Shown: in pieces, positions 49,422-59,461 of the stretch
Position numbering within the stretch: the stretch's first letter is position 1
Layout: each line of letters starts with the position of its first letter
NCBI GenBank assembly: GCA_018816735.1
Contig: JAHIVH010000129.1
Location: 479 to 64,478, forward strand
From: Pseudomonadota bacterium
GTDB taxonomy: Bacteria; Desulfobacterota; Desulfobacteria; Desulfobacterales; JAHIVH01
DNA length: 64,000 nucleotides
Direction: 5' to 3'
Notes under the pieces: generated by a model
Database searches by the model: none
The model's input: only the letters and a program-made list of their open reading frames with translations
What the model was told of the DNA's origin: nothing
Translations under genes and position numbers: made by a program

Positions 49422-51194
49422 TTATAATGATGTTAATATGGATTCCGGCATATCTATCACCTTTGCCCGTAAATATTCGCCTAATGTTTTGGCCTGGGGA
49501 TCACTTCTCATCGATGCGGCTGCCCCTTCACCCAGAACGCCTTTGATGTAAAAATTCAGTGCATTGAGATTGGGCAGTTCATGTCTTTCCATCTTGTACT
49601 CTTTCATGTCGGGAAGTAGTCTCTTCAATTGGTCGATGGTGAGAAATTCTTTCAGGAATGAATAGCCTTGGGATGTTTTTGACCATACTCCCAGATTGGC
49701 GTTTCCCCCTTTGTCTCCTGAACGTGTGGCAAAAGCACGCCCTAACGGTGCTGATATCATTTGGCCTTTGGGCATAGGCGAACATGGAATTTCGTTGACA
49801 GACGGTTTTGGATAATCCGGAATGGGGAGAACAGCATTAACGAGATGTTCAGCGCCTCCAACCATTACTCTCTGGCATATATGTTTTGAAGACACCAAAG
49901 CCGGCCAATGCTGAATGGCCGGCATTCCGTTTGTAGGCGGGCTTGTCAGCGTAAAACCGGGGATATTGGCCAGGGCAAGTTCCACAATTTTCGATGAAAA
50001 CAGCTTGCCTGCTTTTTTCTGGTCCGGGTCCATGACGGTTATTCGCAGATATGAATAGGCATCTTCATTGGTTTCCGGATTGTCTTTTCCCGAGCGGGTC
50101 AATTGAATATCGATCGCGGAAAAGGCATTTCTGCCACCAAGTGTTTCAAGGAATGTGTCTTCCACGATTTTTGCCTTTTTCCCGATATCAAGGCCTGTTA
50201 ATACCACGGTCATGGAATTTCTGTACCCATAGAGATTATTGATGCAGACTTTTGTATGATCGGTGGGCGGTTCGCCCCTGACATTTTCTACCTTTACCCG
50301 GTCTTCACCATCCGCCTTCAGCGTGATGGTGTCAAATCTTGCGATGACATCGGGCGTGAGATAGGCAGGATCACGAATTTCATAAAGAAGTTGGGCTGTA
50401 ACCGTACCCACGGATACCAGGCCGCCGGTATTTTTGTGTTTGGTAATGACAAATGACCCATCCGCATGCATTTCAGCAACAGGAAAGCCCACGTTGTGGA
50501 ATGATGGTACTTCTTCCAGAAATGAATAATTGCCGCCGGTGGCCTGGGCACCGCATTCAATGATATGGCCTGCTACATAGGCTCCTGCAAGTCTGTCCCA
50601 GTCATTTTGTTTCCAGTTGAATTTCCAGGCGCAAGGCCCGGATACAAGCGCTGCATCGGCAATCCTGCCTCCAACGACGATATCTGCGCCAGCTTCCAGC
50701 GCTTTTGAGATTCCCCATCCGCCCAGATAGGCATTTGCCGTAATCGGAACCGCATTCGCCTCTTTGAGGCTTTTTCCTTTATCCAGGTGGGTGAAGGGTT
50801 CACCGTCTTCCTGAAGTTCATTGATCCTTCCCATCAGATCATCACCTTCGATACAGGCAATAGAAGGCGAAAGTCCCAGTTCCTTAGCCATTTTTTCAAG
50901 TGTAGCCGCAAGCCCTTTGGGATTTAATCCGCCCGCATTGGCAATGATTTTTATTTTTTTGTCGAGGCACTCTCCCATGACCTGTTCCATCTGTTTTAAA
51001 AAAGTGGCAGCATATCCTTTCTGCGGATCCTGCAATTTTGTCCTGAAAAGAATGGCCATGGTCAGTTCGGCCAGATAATCGCCGGTCAATACATCGATAT
51101 GCCCCCCTTGAACCATCTCCCTTGCGGCAGTGATTCTGTCTCCAAAAAATCCGCTGCAGTTGGCAATAACGAGTTTTTCTTTGATGTTGCTCAT
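49422..51194 (-). CDS. AtuA-like protein (DUF1446 family, acyclic terpene utilisation)
   Basis: 'KLVIANCSGFFGDRITAAREMVQGGHIDVLTGDYLAELTMAIL'. About 590 aa, the same length class as Pseudomonas AtuA. I placed the start at the ATG at 51194 (GAAGGAAG SD). Confidence 0.75.
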   Translation of the reverse strand: MSNIKEKLVIANCSGFFGDRITAAREMVQGGHIDVLTGDYLAELTMAILFRTKLQDPQKGYAATFLKQMEQVMGECLDKKIKIIANAGGLNPKGLAATLEKMAKELGLSPSIACIEGDDLMGRINELQEDGEPFTHLDKGKSLKEANAVPITANAYLGGWGISKALEAGADIVVGGRIADAALVSGPCAWKFNWKQNDWDRLAGAYVAGHIIECGAQATGGNYSFLEEVPSFHNVGFPVAEMHADGSFVITKHKNTGGLVSVGTVTAQLLYEIRDPAYLTPDVIARFDTITLKADGEDRVKVENVRGEPPTDHTKVCINNLYGYRNSMTVVLTGLDIGKKAKIVEDTFLETLGGRNAFSAIDIQLTRSGKDNPETNEDAYSYLRITVMDPDQKKAGKLFSSKIVELALANIPGFTLTSPPTNGMPAIQHWPALVSSKHICQRVMVGGAEHLVNAVLPIPDYPKPSVNEIPCSPMPKGQMISAPLGRAFATRSGDKGGNANLGVWSKTSQGYSFLKEFLTIDQLKRLLPDMKEYKMERHELPNLNALNFYIKGVLGEGAAASMRSDPQAKTLGEYLRAKVIDMPESILTSL

Positions 51195-51195
51195 A

Positions 51196-51714
51196 TTATT
51201 CTTCCTTCTCAATGTCTACAAGTATATCGCCAGGGGCGACCTTATCTCCTTCTTTTGCATTCACTTTTGTAACGGTGCCGCCAAATGGTGCAGTCAGTGT
51301 TGTTTCCATTTTCATGGCAGACAATACAACAAGCTTCTGGCCTTTTTCTATCCGGTCACCCCTATTGACCAGAACGGAGATGACAATAGCAGGCATGGGT
51401 GGTGTCACCACATCAGGGATGTTGGCTCCCGATCTTTTCTTGTTTTTCGCGAAACGGTGACTGTCATCGTCTTCGATATAGTAAGGCATTCCGTTTATCA
51501 CGATAATCTTTTTTCCATTGTCATCAGCCACATAGACGTTAATGCCTTTTCTGCCATTTCCATCATCCAGGTCCATGTGAATATGATGGTCTGAAATACG
51601 GGTAACCATTGCCTGAATATCCTTCTCTTCCATTGTCAGAGTAAGCGTATTTCCCTCAGTAATGGCAGCAAGGATTTTTTTTGTTTCATCGTTTTGTTTG
51701 AGATTGTATTCCAT
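51196..51714 (-). CDS. Biotin carboxyl carrier protein (separate polypeptide with an N-terminal BT-like extension)
   Basis: Biotinylation motif 'VVLSAMKMETTLTAP'. I placed the start at the ATG at 51714 (GGAGA SD). Confidence 0.88.
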   Translation of the reverse strand: MEYNLKQNDETKKILAAITEGNTLTLTMEEKDIQAMVTRISDHHIHMDLDDGNGRKGINVYVADDNGKKIIVINGMPYYIEDDDSHRFAKNKKRSGANIPDVVTPPMPAIVISVLVNRGDRIEKGQKLVVLSAMKMETTLTAPFGGTVTKVNAKEGDKVAPGDILVDIEKEE

Positions 51715-51752
51715 ATATTTCTCCGTGTTGTCGTCGGGCAAAGGAATTGTTC

Positions 51753-53240
51753 CTATGGCCGGTAAAAGCCTATGGTTTCCCATGGGGTCGGGAAATCGCT
51801 GTTTTTCACTGACTGTGGATTCTGCGTGACCGTTTTTGACAGTTCATCTGCAATAAAGGCGATGTAAGCAAGGGCAGTATCCTTCTTGTCGGGCTTCCAT
51901 GCCGGGAAATGGGTGTCTATAAAGTCTGTTGTGGTGTCTCCCTTTTTAAATGCATCTGAATTCATGATATCGATCAAAAAAGGGATGGGGGTTTTAATTC
52001 CAAGAATGACATAATCTTTGAGCGCCTGAATCATTCGCTGGATAGCCAGTTCCCTGTTCTCCGCGTGGACAACGAGTTTTGAAAGGATCGGATCGTATTC
52101 AACAGGCACCGTATATCCCGAATAGATACCGCAGTCATTTCTTATTCCGGGGCCTTTGGGTTCCTTCATGAAAAGAATTTTTCCCGGTGACGGGAAAAAG
52201 GCGTTTTCCGGGTCTTCTCCGTAAATTCTGCACTCAATGGCATGGCCTTTGGCTGAAATGTCTTTCTGGGAAAGTGTGAGTTTCTCTCCGGCAGCGATCC
52301 TGATCTGATGTTTTACAAGGTCTATTCCTGTAATCATCTCTGTTACCGGATGCTCTACCTGAAGTCTGGTGTTCACTTCAAGAAAGTAGAACTGGTTGTT
52401 CATATCGAGGAGAAATTCAACCGTACCGGCATTGACGTATCCCGCGGCCTTTGCAGCAGAAACAGCGGCCTTCCCCATTGCTTGCCTTAATTCATCTGAC
52501 AGGGCAGAAGACGGCGATTCTTCTATGATTTTCTGATACCGCCTCTGGATGGAGCATTCTCTTTCAAGAAGGTGAATCACATGGCCATGGGTGTCTGCAA
52601 GAATCTGAATTTCAACGTGGCGGGGTTTTAATAGATACTTTTCAAGATAAATTGACCCGTTCCCAAAGGCCTGACTGGCTTCTCTTTCGGCTGCTTCACA
52701 GGCATCTTTCATGTCCGTTTCTTTGAATACGATTCTCATTCCCTTGCCACCACCTCCAGCGGCTGCCTTGATGAGAACGGGATATCCAAGCTCTTCGGCT
52801 TTTTTCATTAAAGAGGAGATATCTGTTTCCGGTTCACTCATGCCGGGTGTGACCGGGACATTACTTTTGATCATGATCTGTCTTGCGATGGTTTTGTCTC
52901 CCAGGTTTTTGATGACATGGGCCGGCGGACCGATAAATACAATTTTTTTCTTTTCACACAGTGCCGCAAAATCGGCATTCTCCGAAAGAAAACCATAACC
53001 CGGGTGAATGGCCTCAGCACCGGTTTCCTTGGCAGCCTTGATGATGGCAGCCATATTCAGGTAGCTTTCCTTTGGGGCTGATTTCCCGATATAAACCGAC
53101 TGGTCTGAAAAAAGTCTGTGGGCGGCGTTGATGTCTGCATCTGAATGAACAGAAACCGTTGAAATGTCCATTTCACGCAACGTTTTCATGATACGTAAGG
53201 CGATTTCACCACGATTTGCGACTAATATTTTTTTAAACAT
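51753..53240 (-). CDS. Biotin carboxylase (ATP-grasp) subunit of an acyl-CoA carboxylase
   Basis: 'KILVANRGEIALRI', 'GYPVLIKAAAGGGGKGMRIV', 'EVNTRLQVEHPVTE'. Confidence 0.93.
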   Translation of the reverse strand: MFKKILVANRGEIALRIMKTLREMDISTVSVHSDADINAAHRLFSDQSVYIGKSAPKESYLNMAAIIKAAKETGAEAIHPGYGFLSENADFAALCEKKKIVFIGPPAHVIKNLGDKTIARQIMIKSNVPVTPGMSEPETDISSLMKKAEELGYPVLIKAAAGGGGKGMRIVFKETDMKDACEAAEREASQAFGNGSIYLEKYLLKPRHVEIQILADTHGHVIHLLERECSIQRRYQKIIEESPSSALSDELRQAMGKAAVSAAKAAGYVNAGTVEFLLDMNNQFYFLEVNTRLQVEHPVTEMITGIDLVKHQIRIAAGEKLTLSQKDISAKGHAIECRIYGEDPENAFFPSPGKILFMKEPKGPGIRNDCGIYSGYTVPVEYDPILSKLVVHAENRELAIQRMIQALKDYVILGIKTPIPFLIDIMNSDAFKKGDTTTDFIDTHFPAWKPDKKDTALAYIAFIADELSKTVTQNPQSVKNSDFPTPWETIGFYRP

Positions 53241-53271
53241 GATGCCCGAATTCCTGTCCATGGGTTTGATT

Positions 53272-54888
53272 TTACATTCTGAATATACCGTGACCGTATA
53301 TATCGTCCCGGATGGGTGCGTTTAAGGAGGCAGAAATACTCATCCCCAGAATATCTCTGGTTCTTGCCGGATCGATGATGCCGTCATCCCACATTCGGGC
53401 TGTGCTATAGTAGGCATTTCCTTCCTTTTCCGCAGCATTGATGATCGGTTGTTTCAAAAAGTTTACTTCTTCTGCTGTCAGATCCGGTTTGCCCAGTCTC
53501 GTATTCTGATCGTTGGTGATTTTAACAAGCACATCTGCTGCCTGAGGACCGCCCATGACGCCTATTTTGGAATTGGGCCACATCCATAAAAAGCGGGGGG
53601 AATAGGCCCTGCCGCACATGGCGTAATTGCCTGCACCAAACGACGCACCCACAAGCACCGTAAATTTGGGGACAGATGCAGTGGAAACAGCGTTGACCAT
53701 TTTATGTCCGTTCTTGGTGATGCCTCCCTGTTCATAGGCTTTGCCGATAATGAATCCGTTTATGTTCTGCAGGAATACCAGTGGTATTTCCTTCTTGTCG
53801 CACAACTGAATGAACTGGGTGGCTTTTAATGCGCTTTCGGAAAAGAGAATGCCGTTGTTGGCGAGAATGCCCACCGGATATCCGTGAATATGCGCATAGC
53901 CGCAGACCAGTGTCGATCCGTAATGCTCCTTGAATTCGAGAAATCGGCTTCCGTCTACGATTCTCGCGATAACTTCCCTGCAATCATATGGTACGGCAAG
54001 ATCGCGGCTGACAATTCCATAAATCTCCTTGGGATCATAAAGGGGAGGTTCCGGCTGGATCCTGTTCAGTTTTGTTTTCTCTTTGGCAGGCAGGTTTCGG
54101 ACGATATTTCTTATTATCCGGATGGCATCTTCGTCATCTTCCGCAATATAATCGGAGACGCCGGATTCGTAACAGTGAACCTGTGCACCGCCAAGCTCGT
54201 CAGCCGTGACTTCTTCACCGGTGGCTGCTCTCACCAGAGGCGGCCCGCCCAGAAAAATCGCCCCATGACCTTTTACATGCACAATTTCATCACACATGGC
54301 AACCCCGTAAGCACCTCCCGCCGTACATAACCCCATAACCGCCGCAATCTGGGGAATACCCATTTTGGATTTCATGGCCTGGTTGTAGAAGAGCCTGCCG
54401 CCCCCATCCAGATCCGGGAAGATTTCAGACTGAAGTGGCAGATAAGCGCCTGCTGAATCGATCAAACTGATATTAGGCAACCGGTTTTCCATGCAGATGG
54501 TCTGACAGCGTAACCCTTTTTTGACACTGATCGGATAACCGGCACCGCCCTTTATCGTGGCATCGTTGATAGAGACAAAAACCTCTCTCCCTTCCACAAT
54601 ACCGATACCTGCGATCAGGCCAGCTTTATGCACTTTGCCGTCATACAGGTCCTTGCCGACAAGTGCGCCAATTTCCAGAAAAGGCGTGTTTTTATCTAGC
54701 AGGAGGTCCAGTTTTCTTTTGGCAGGGATTTTACCCGATTCTTTCAGCCGGTTTCTGGCTTTTTCAGACCGGTCTTCCATGGCTTTTTTAAGCTCCTTTT
54801 CCAGGTCCTGGAGAAGGGTAGTCATAGCTTCTTTGTTTTTAGCGTATTCTTCTGAATTGATATCGACTCGGCTTTCAATAATATCCAT
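53272..54888 (-). CDS. Acyl-CoA carboxylase carboxyltransferase (beta) subunit, MCC/GCC (LiuB/AtuC) type
   Basis: 538 aa with a two-domain CT layout. 'IDSAGAYLPLQ', 'MGLCTAGGAYGVAMCDE' and 'VLVGASFGAGNYAMCGRAY'. Confidence 0.9.
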   Translation of the reverse strand: MDIIESRVDINSEEYAKNKEAMTTLLQDLEKELKKAMEDRSEKARNRLKESGKIPAKRKLDLLLDKNTPFLEIGALVGKDLYDGKVHKAGLIAGIGIVEGREVFVSINDATIKGGAGYPISVKKGLRCQTICMENRLPNISLIDSAGAYLPLQSEIFPDLDGGGRLFYNQAMKSKMGIPQIAAVMGLCTAGGAYGVAMCDEIVHVKGHGAIFLGGPPLVRAATGEEVTADELGGAQVHCYESGVSDYIAEDDEDAIRIIRNIVRNLPAKEKTKLNRIQPEPPLYDPKEIYGIVSRDLAVPYDCREVIARIVDGSRFLEFKEHYGSTLVCGYAHIHGYPVGILANNGILFSESALKATQFIQLCDKKEIPLVFLQNINGFIIGKAYEQGGITKNGHKMVNAVSTASVPKFTVLVGASFGAGNYAMCGRAYSPRFLWMWPNSKIGVMGGPQAADVLVKITNDQNTRLGKPDLTAEEVNFLKQPIINAAEKEGNAYYSTARMWDDGIIDPARTRDILGMSISASLNAPIRDDIYGHGIFRM

Positions 54889-55547
54889 GATTCGGTAACC
54901 TCTGCTAACAGGAAAAATGGGTTAATATCGATGGAACTTTTTCATTTCTAAATAATATTTATAATAAATACAAATATTTAAAATATTGAAATGTTATATG
55001 AATATCATTTAATTGCTAAATCGGATTCAACTAAATGTCAAGCTATTATTTTTTTCAGTTTGTAAAAATAGATAAATGTAATATTTTTAATTATTTATTA
55101 TGTATAAATCGACATAAAGTATTATCGAATTTATATATATTTAAACATATATTGTGAGTATTATATTCACTTTATCGTTGCATATAGGCCCATCCGGCAG
55201 TCTGATATCCCGGGTAGGGATTCGAAAGAAAAACCCTATCCGCTTGTCACAAAGGATTATTGGGGATTCCATGTCGGCTGTGATTTGATCGTTAAGATGA
55301 ATACGTAAAAAGTTTACAGACTTGAATCAACAAATGGTAATTTTGTGAATTACATCTACATTTTTGTGGATGGTCATACAAAATGAAAAGTTAACAGTTG
55401 ACATCTTTACTATTCAGTTGTATTAAACCAGTACTTACCATTGATATAGTAACTTCAAACGTATATTTTCGTCGACCACGAAAAATTCACTGCAGTTGCG
55501 TCATAAACTCATTTCTATCCGGGAAGCTTCCCTAAAGGAGACACGTT

Positions 55548-57893
55548 ATGATACATATTGCGAATTTCGCATTCAAACACTGGAAATGGATCGTCGGCAT
55601 AAGTACGGTATTGTCCCTGATAAGCCTTTATTTTATTCTTCAGATCAGGGTAGACAATTCCATCGAAACCCTATCCATAGACAATGACCCTAAACTAGTT
55701 CTCCTTCGGCAGGCGGAAAAAACCTTCGGCGGCAACGAGTTTGTGGTCATTTCGTTCAAGGGTCACGATATTTTTTCAACACGGGTTCTTTCCATGATCG
55801 AAGCCATTACCACGGATATTGAAAAAATAGAAAATGTGGAATCGGTTTTGAGTCTTACCAATGCGGATATTGCGAAAGATGATGATGAAGGATTTGGGAC
55901 GAGAGCGCTCATCCCGAAAAACGATCGGATCGAACAATACACGGACACCCTCAAGCAAGAAGTCGTCTCAAACCGGATGTACGAAAAACTGCTCTATTCG
56001 ACGGACGGAAACGCCACGTCCATCATCGCGTGGATCGTCCCTTTGGGAAATGATGACGCTGCGCGTTGGCGTGTGGTGAACGCGATTAAGGATGTGTTAA
56101 GTGCGCATAAGGATGGCCGGCAATTTTTTTTGTTCGGTTTTCCGATCACTTCTGAAATTCTATACAGAATTACGATACAGGATCAGCTCGTCATACCGGT
56201 TATTCTCTCCTTACTAATAGGATGTCTCCTGTTCTGGATTTTTCGGGACGTTCGGTTGGTTATTCTTCCTTTCATTGTTCTTGGCATGACCGCGTTATGG
56301 GTGATGGGACTTTTTACCATGGAAGGAAACACCCTGGATGTGGTGACGTTTATAATCCCCAGTGTGCTGATGATCGTATGTTTATGTGATGCCGTCCATA
56401 TTATATCGGAATATAGAGAAACAACCTCGCAGGATGGTGATCGTGTGGAGGTTCTGAAAACCATTATCTCGCGTATCGGAACCCCCATCATGCTGACGAG
56501 TCTGACAACGGCTATCGGTTTTTTTTCCCTGGCTACAAGCAACATTAGAAGCATTCGGAATTTTGGTATATATACAGGGCTGGGGGTAATTTTTGCTTTT
56601 GGTGTGTCTGTAGCCCTGCTGCCGCTGGTCATGGCCGTGTTGCCATTAAAAAAAAATAGGCAGGAAAAAGATGATCGGACCCTGGCGGCCTTTGAAACGT
56701 TCCTTACGCGTCTGGCCGGATGGTTACTTAACCACAAAGTGAGTGTTATGGCATTGGCGCTCGTCGTCATCTCGGTTTGCCTGACCGGTGCGTTGAAACT
56801 TGAGCCCAATATGATCATCTTGGGTATGTTGAAAAAAAACGTGGCAAAGGAAGTTACCGAAGCCCAGCAATTTGTTGATGCGGAAATGGCCGGATCGGCT
56901 GAATTCGATGTCATGTTTAAAAGTGATCGGTCCGGTGCCATGCTCACGCCTGATAACCTGGAAATGATCGCTCGAATTCAGCGCCGCGTTTCAGAAATGT
57001 TCGGCATGCGTAAAAGTTTGTCGATAAACGATTATCTGAAAGAAATGAATCAAGTGCTTAACAACAATGATCCAACGTTTTATCGTATCCCCGATACCCA
57101 GGAGGAAATTGATGATTTAATGGAAATCTATTCCCTGGATGGCAAAGATGACGATTTGGAAGAGGTGGTCAGTTATGATCATGATGTGGCAAGACTCAGA
57201 TTGTTTACATATACTGCGCCGGATTCAAAGACAACACGACAGTGGATTAATCAGGCTGAAACCATTTTGCAGGAGGAATCAAGAGGGACGGATGTGTCCG
57301 TGGAAATCACCAGCCGGCCGATTGTTTGGGTGGATATGGTTGAGTCCCTGATTACGGAGATGATGAAAACATTCTCCCTGGCATTCCTCCTCATATTCTG
57401 TTTGATGTTCCTCCTTTTTCGTTCGTGGAAACTTGGGGTGATCAGTGCGATTGTGAATGTCATCCCCATCACTGTGACGTTCGGATGCATGGGTTGGTTT
57501 CACATTACCTTGAATATGGCCACTGCCGCGATGCCCAGCATCGCCATCGGCATTGCCGTGGATGATACCATTCACTTTATCTGGCGGTTTGAAAAGGAAT
57601 TCCGCCGTCACCGGACGTATCATGACGCTCTTATCCATACCCTGAAAACCGTCGGAAAACCGATTGTAATTACCTCGATACTCATTTGTACCGGGTTTGC
57701 CGTGATGTTTTTTTCCAGGTTGACCATTCTCACTGAGTTCGGCCTGTTGCTGTCCTTGACGGTTGCCGCAGCGCTTGTCGCGGATTTGTTTGTCGCACCG
57801 GTATTGATATTGATTTTCAGGCCTTTCAAATTGCAAGCCGAAGAGATGGTCGATGGCCTGGCAATGCCGGAGAAAGGCATGCTGGCGGACTGA
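55548..57893 (+). CDS. MMPL/RND-superfamily exporter (paralogue 2), visibly GC-richer than its surroundings
   Basis: 781 aa. 'LCDAVHIISEY' and 'GIAVDDTIHFIWRFEKEFRR' parallel 33543..35978. AAGGAGA SD. Confidence 0.85.
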   Translation: MIHIANFAFKHWKWIVGISTVLSLISLYFILQIRVDNSIETLSIDNDPKLVLLRQAEKTFGGNEFVVISFKGHDIFSTRVLSMIEAITTDIEKIENVESVLSLTNADIAKDDDEGFGTRALIPKNDRIEQYTDTLKQEVVSNRMYEKLLYSTDGNATSIIAWIVPLGNDDAARWRVVNAIKDVLSAHKDGRQFFLFGFPITSEILYRITIQDQLVIPVILSLLIGCLLFWIFRDVRLVILPFIVLGMTALWVMGLFTMEGNTLDVVTFIIPSVLMIVCLCDAVHIISEYRETTSQDGDRVEVLKTIISRIGTPIMLTSLTTAIGFFSLATSNIRSIRNFGIYTGLGVIFAFGVSVALLPLVMAVLPLKKNRQEKDDRTLAAFETFLTRLAGWLLNHKVSVMALALVVISVCLTGALKLEPNMIILGMLKKNVAKEVTEAQQFVDAEMAGSAEFDVMFKSDRSGAMLTPDNLEMIARIQRRVSEMFGMRKSLSINDYLKEMNQVLNNNDPTFYRIPDTQEEIDDLMEIYSLDGKDDDLEEVVSYDHDVARLRLFTYTAPDSKTTRQWINQAETILQEESRGTDVSVEITSRPIVWVDMVESLITEMMKTFSLAFLLIFCLMFLLFRSWKLGVISAIVNVIPITVTFGCMGWFHITLNMATAAMPSIAIGIAVDDTIHFIWRFEKEFRRHRTYHDALIHTLKTVGKPIVITSILICTGFAVMFFSRLTILTEFGLLLSLTVAAALVADLFVAPVLILIFRPFKLQAEEMVDGLAMPEKGMLAD

Positions 57894-57987
57894 GTTAACC
57901 CCAGATTGGGAAGGGAAGGGTTTGCCAAATGGGGTCGCCCTTTAATGGGCGACCCCATTACTTGCAACGACTTTTTGTGTTAATTTT

Positions 57988-58887
57988 TTATTTTGACAAT
58001 ATTTCTTTTATTCCGAAACTTAAACTGTCTGTAACTGTATAAAGGATTCCCATTAAAGCTTTATCATACTTCTCTACATTAAACGGGCCTTTTTTGCCGT
58101 CTGTTACTTCGTCAGCAGTTATAAGTTCAGTTTTCATTTTAACAAGAGGCTCATTCTGAGTCAAAAAATCGTATCTCATTTTTTTGTTGCCTTTAAAACC
58201 TACTTCCTGTGGCTTTATTTCCGCACTCATAATAACATCAAATTGTTTAAGAATCGGTTTGAAATTTTTATCTTTGTCCACTTTAAACTTAACCTGAACA
58301 ACAGCTTCAGCACCGACGCTGTGTGTTATCTCACAGATATTGATAAGAAGTTTAATCATCTTCAAAGGATTTGACGGAAAAATACCAAGGTTCGATGCAG
58401 AAACAGACTGTGTTTTTTCTACAACGGTTGGCTTATAGAGCCCAGCAGATGCGCCTCTGCCCTCTTTTTCTTCTTCTAAATTAAAATTTGCATATTTTTC
58501 GTTTGCCAGAAGATCTTCTCTTGAAACCACTTCGATTCCATTTTTTTCAAATGCTTCCTTTACAGCCTGATAAACAAGATTAGATGTATCCGTATAGAAG
58601 TCCTTGCCTAAGTTTAAAGTATTTGTATTTGTTGTTATTCTGCCGGTATATCTTTGACTGTTGGCGCTGCTAGTAACTTCTTTGGAGGTAACATACTCGC
58701 CATAACATTCCATAATTACGAGTTTTTTAATACCAAGTTTTTTAAGCTTTTTAAGATTGAGATCAAGTGTTTTTTTTGTAAACTTCTTTAGGTCGCTTGC
58801 ATCTTCCTGCTTAAAGACATAAGCCCCAGCAAAAGTTGATGATACTGAAAAAGCAAAAACAAAAAGAATAACCAACAGTTTTTTCAT
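57988..58887 (-). CDS. Secreted hypothetical protein (AT-rich orphan)
   Basis: 299 aa. Signal peptide 'MKKLLVILFVFAFSVSSTFAGA', GGAGGG SD, K/N/T-rich. No motif recognised. Confidence 0.6.
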   Translation of the reverse strand: MKKLLVILFVFAFSVSSTFAGAYVFKQEDASDLKKFTKKTLDLNLKKLKKLGIKKLVIMECYGEYVTSKEVTSSANSQRYTGRITTNTNTLNLGKDFYTDTSNLVYQAVKEAFEKNGIEVVSREDLLANEKYANFNLEEEKEGRGASAGLYKPTVVEKTQSVSASNLGIFPSNPLKMIKLLINICEITHSVGAEAVVQVKFKVDKDKNFKPILKQFDVIMSAEIKPQEVGFKGNKKMRYDFLTQNEPLVKMKTELITADEVTDGKKGPFNVEKYDKALMGILYTVTDSLSFGIKEILSK

Positions 58888-59291
58888 TTTTTCCCTCCTG
58901 AATTGAATTTAAAAGAATTTGGATTATTTAAAATAAGTTTATATTCAATTTTAACAAGTATATCAATACATTTTTTCTTAAAAAAATAATCGCAACGCCT
59001 AAAGAATTAAAGAATAAAAGGGGAGAATTAATAGGGACATCTTCTTCATTATCAAACGATATAGAAAGTATTTTGGGACTGATAAAAAATGGCTTTTTAT
59101 CGATTCAGACTGAAAATCAGTTAAAAGTTGACTGTAAAAGTAAAAAGCCTCACCCTGTATTCCTGAATGAAGCTGTCTACGTTAGGGTGACTTGGCTGAA
59201 GCAATTTTTCAGATTTGGATAGTAGTATATTCAACCTCTTGAAAAAACAGTTGATCTGAAAGCAAATATCGGATACACTTCAAAATCTCTT

Positions 59292-59306
59292 GGGCAGGTT
59301 TTCTGC
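59292..59306 (+). promoter_or_regulatory. Possible sigma-54 promoter GGGCAGgttttCTGC upstream of the chemoreceptor gene
   Basis: GG-N10-GC spacing is correct, and GGCA/TGC cores are present. It lies ~155 nt upstream of the ATG at 59462. It deviates from TGGCAC at two positions. Confidence 0.3.
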
Positions 59307-59461
59307 GTGCCCGATTCACCTTGAGTTTCACGAAATAAGTAAAATAAGTAGCGGGGCAGAATTCGCTAAACTGTCTCAATTATGAAAACCACCGTGAACA
59401 CAGGATAGCATCAATTGGTCTGAAGAGACGTCGGTGTTTATCCGGAGGAATCAAATTGCTT

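Noticed and set aside
56183-57836. Large minus-strand ORFs 56183..56947 (254 aa) and 57279..57836 (185 aa)
   Set aside because: They are antisense to the GC-richer MMPL/RND gene. High GC lengthens spurious ORFs, and the products are Arg/Ser/Pro-rich with no motif.
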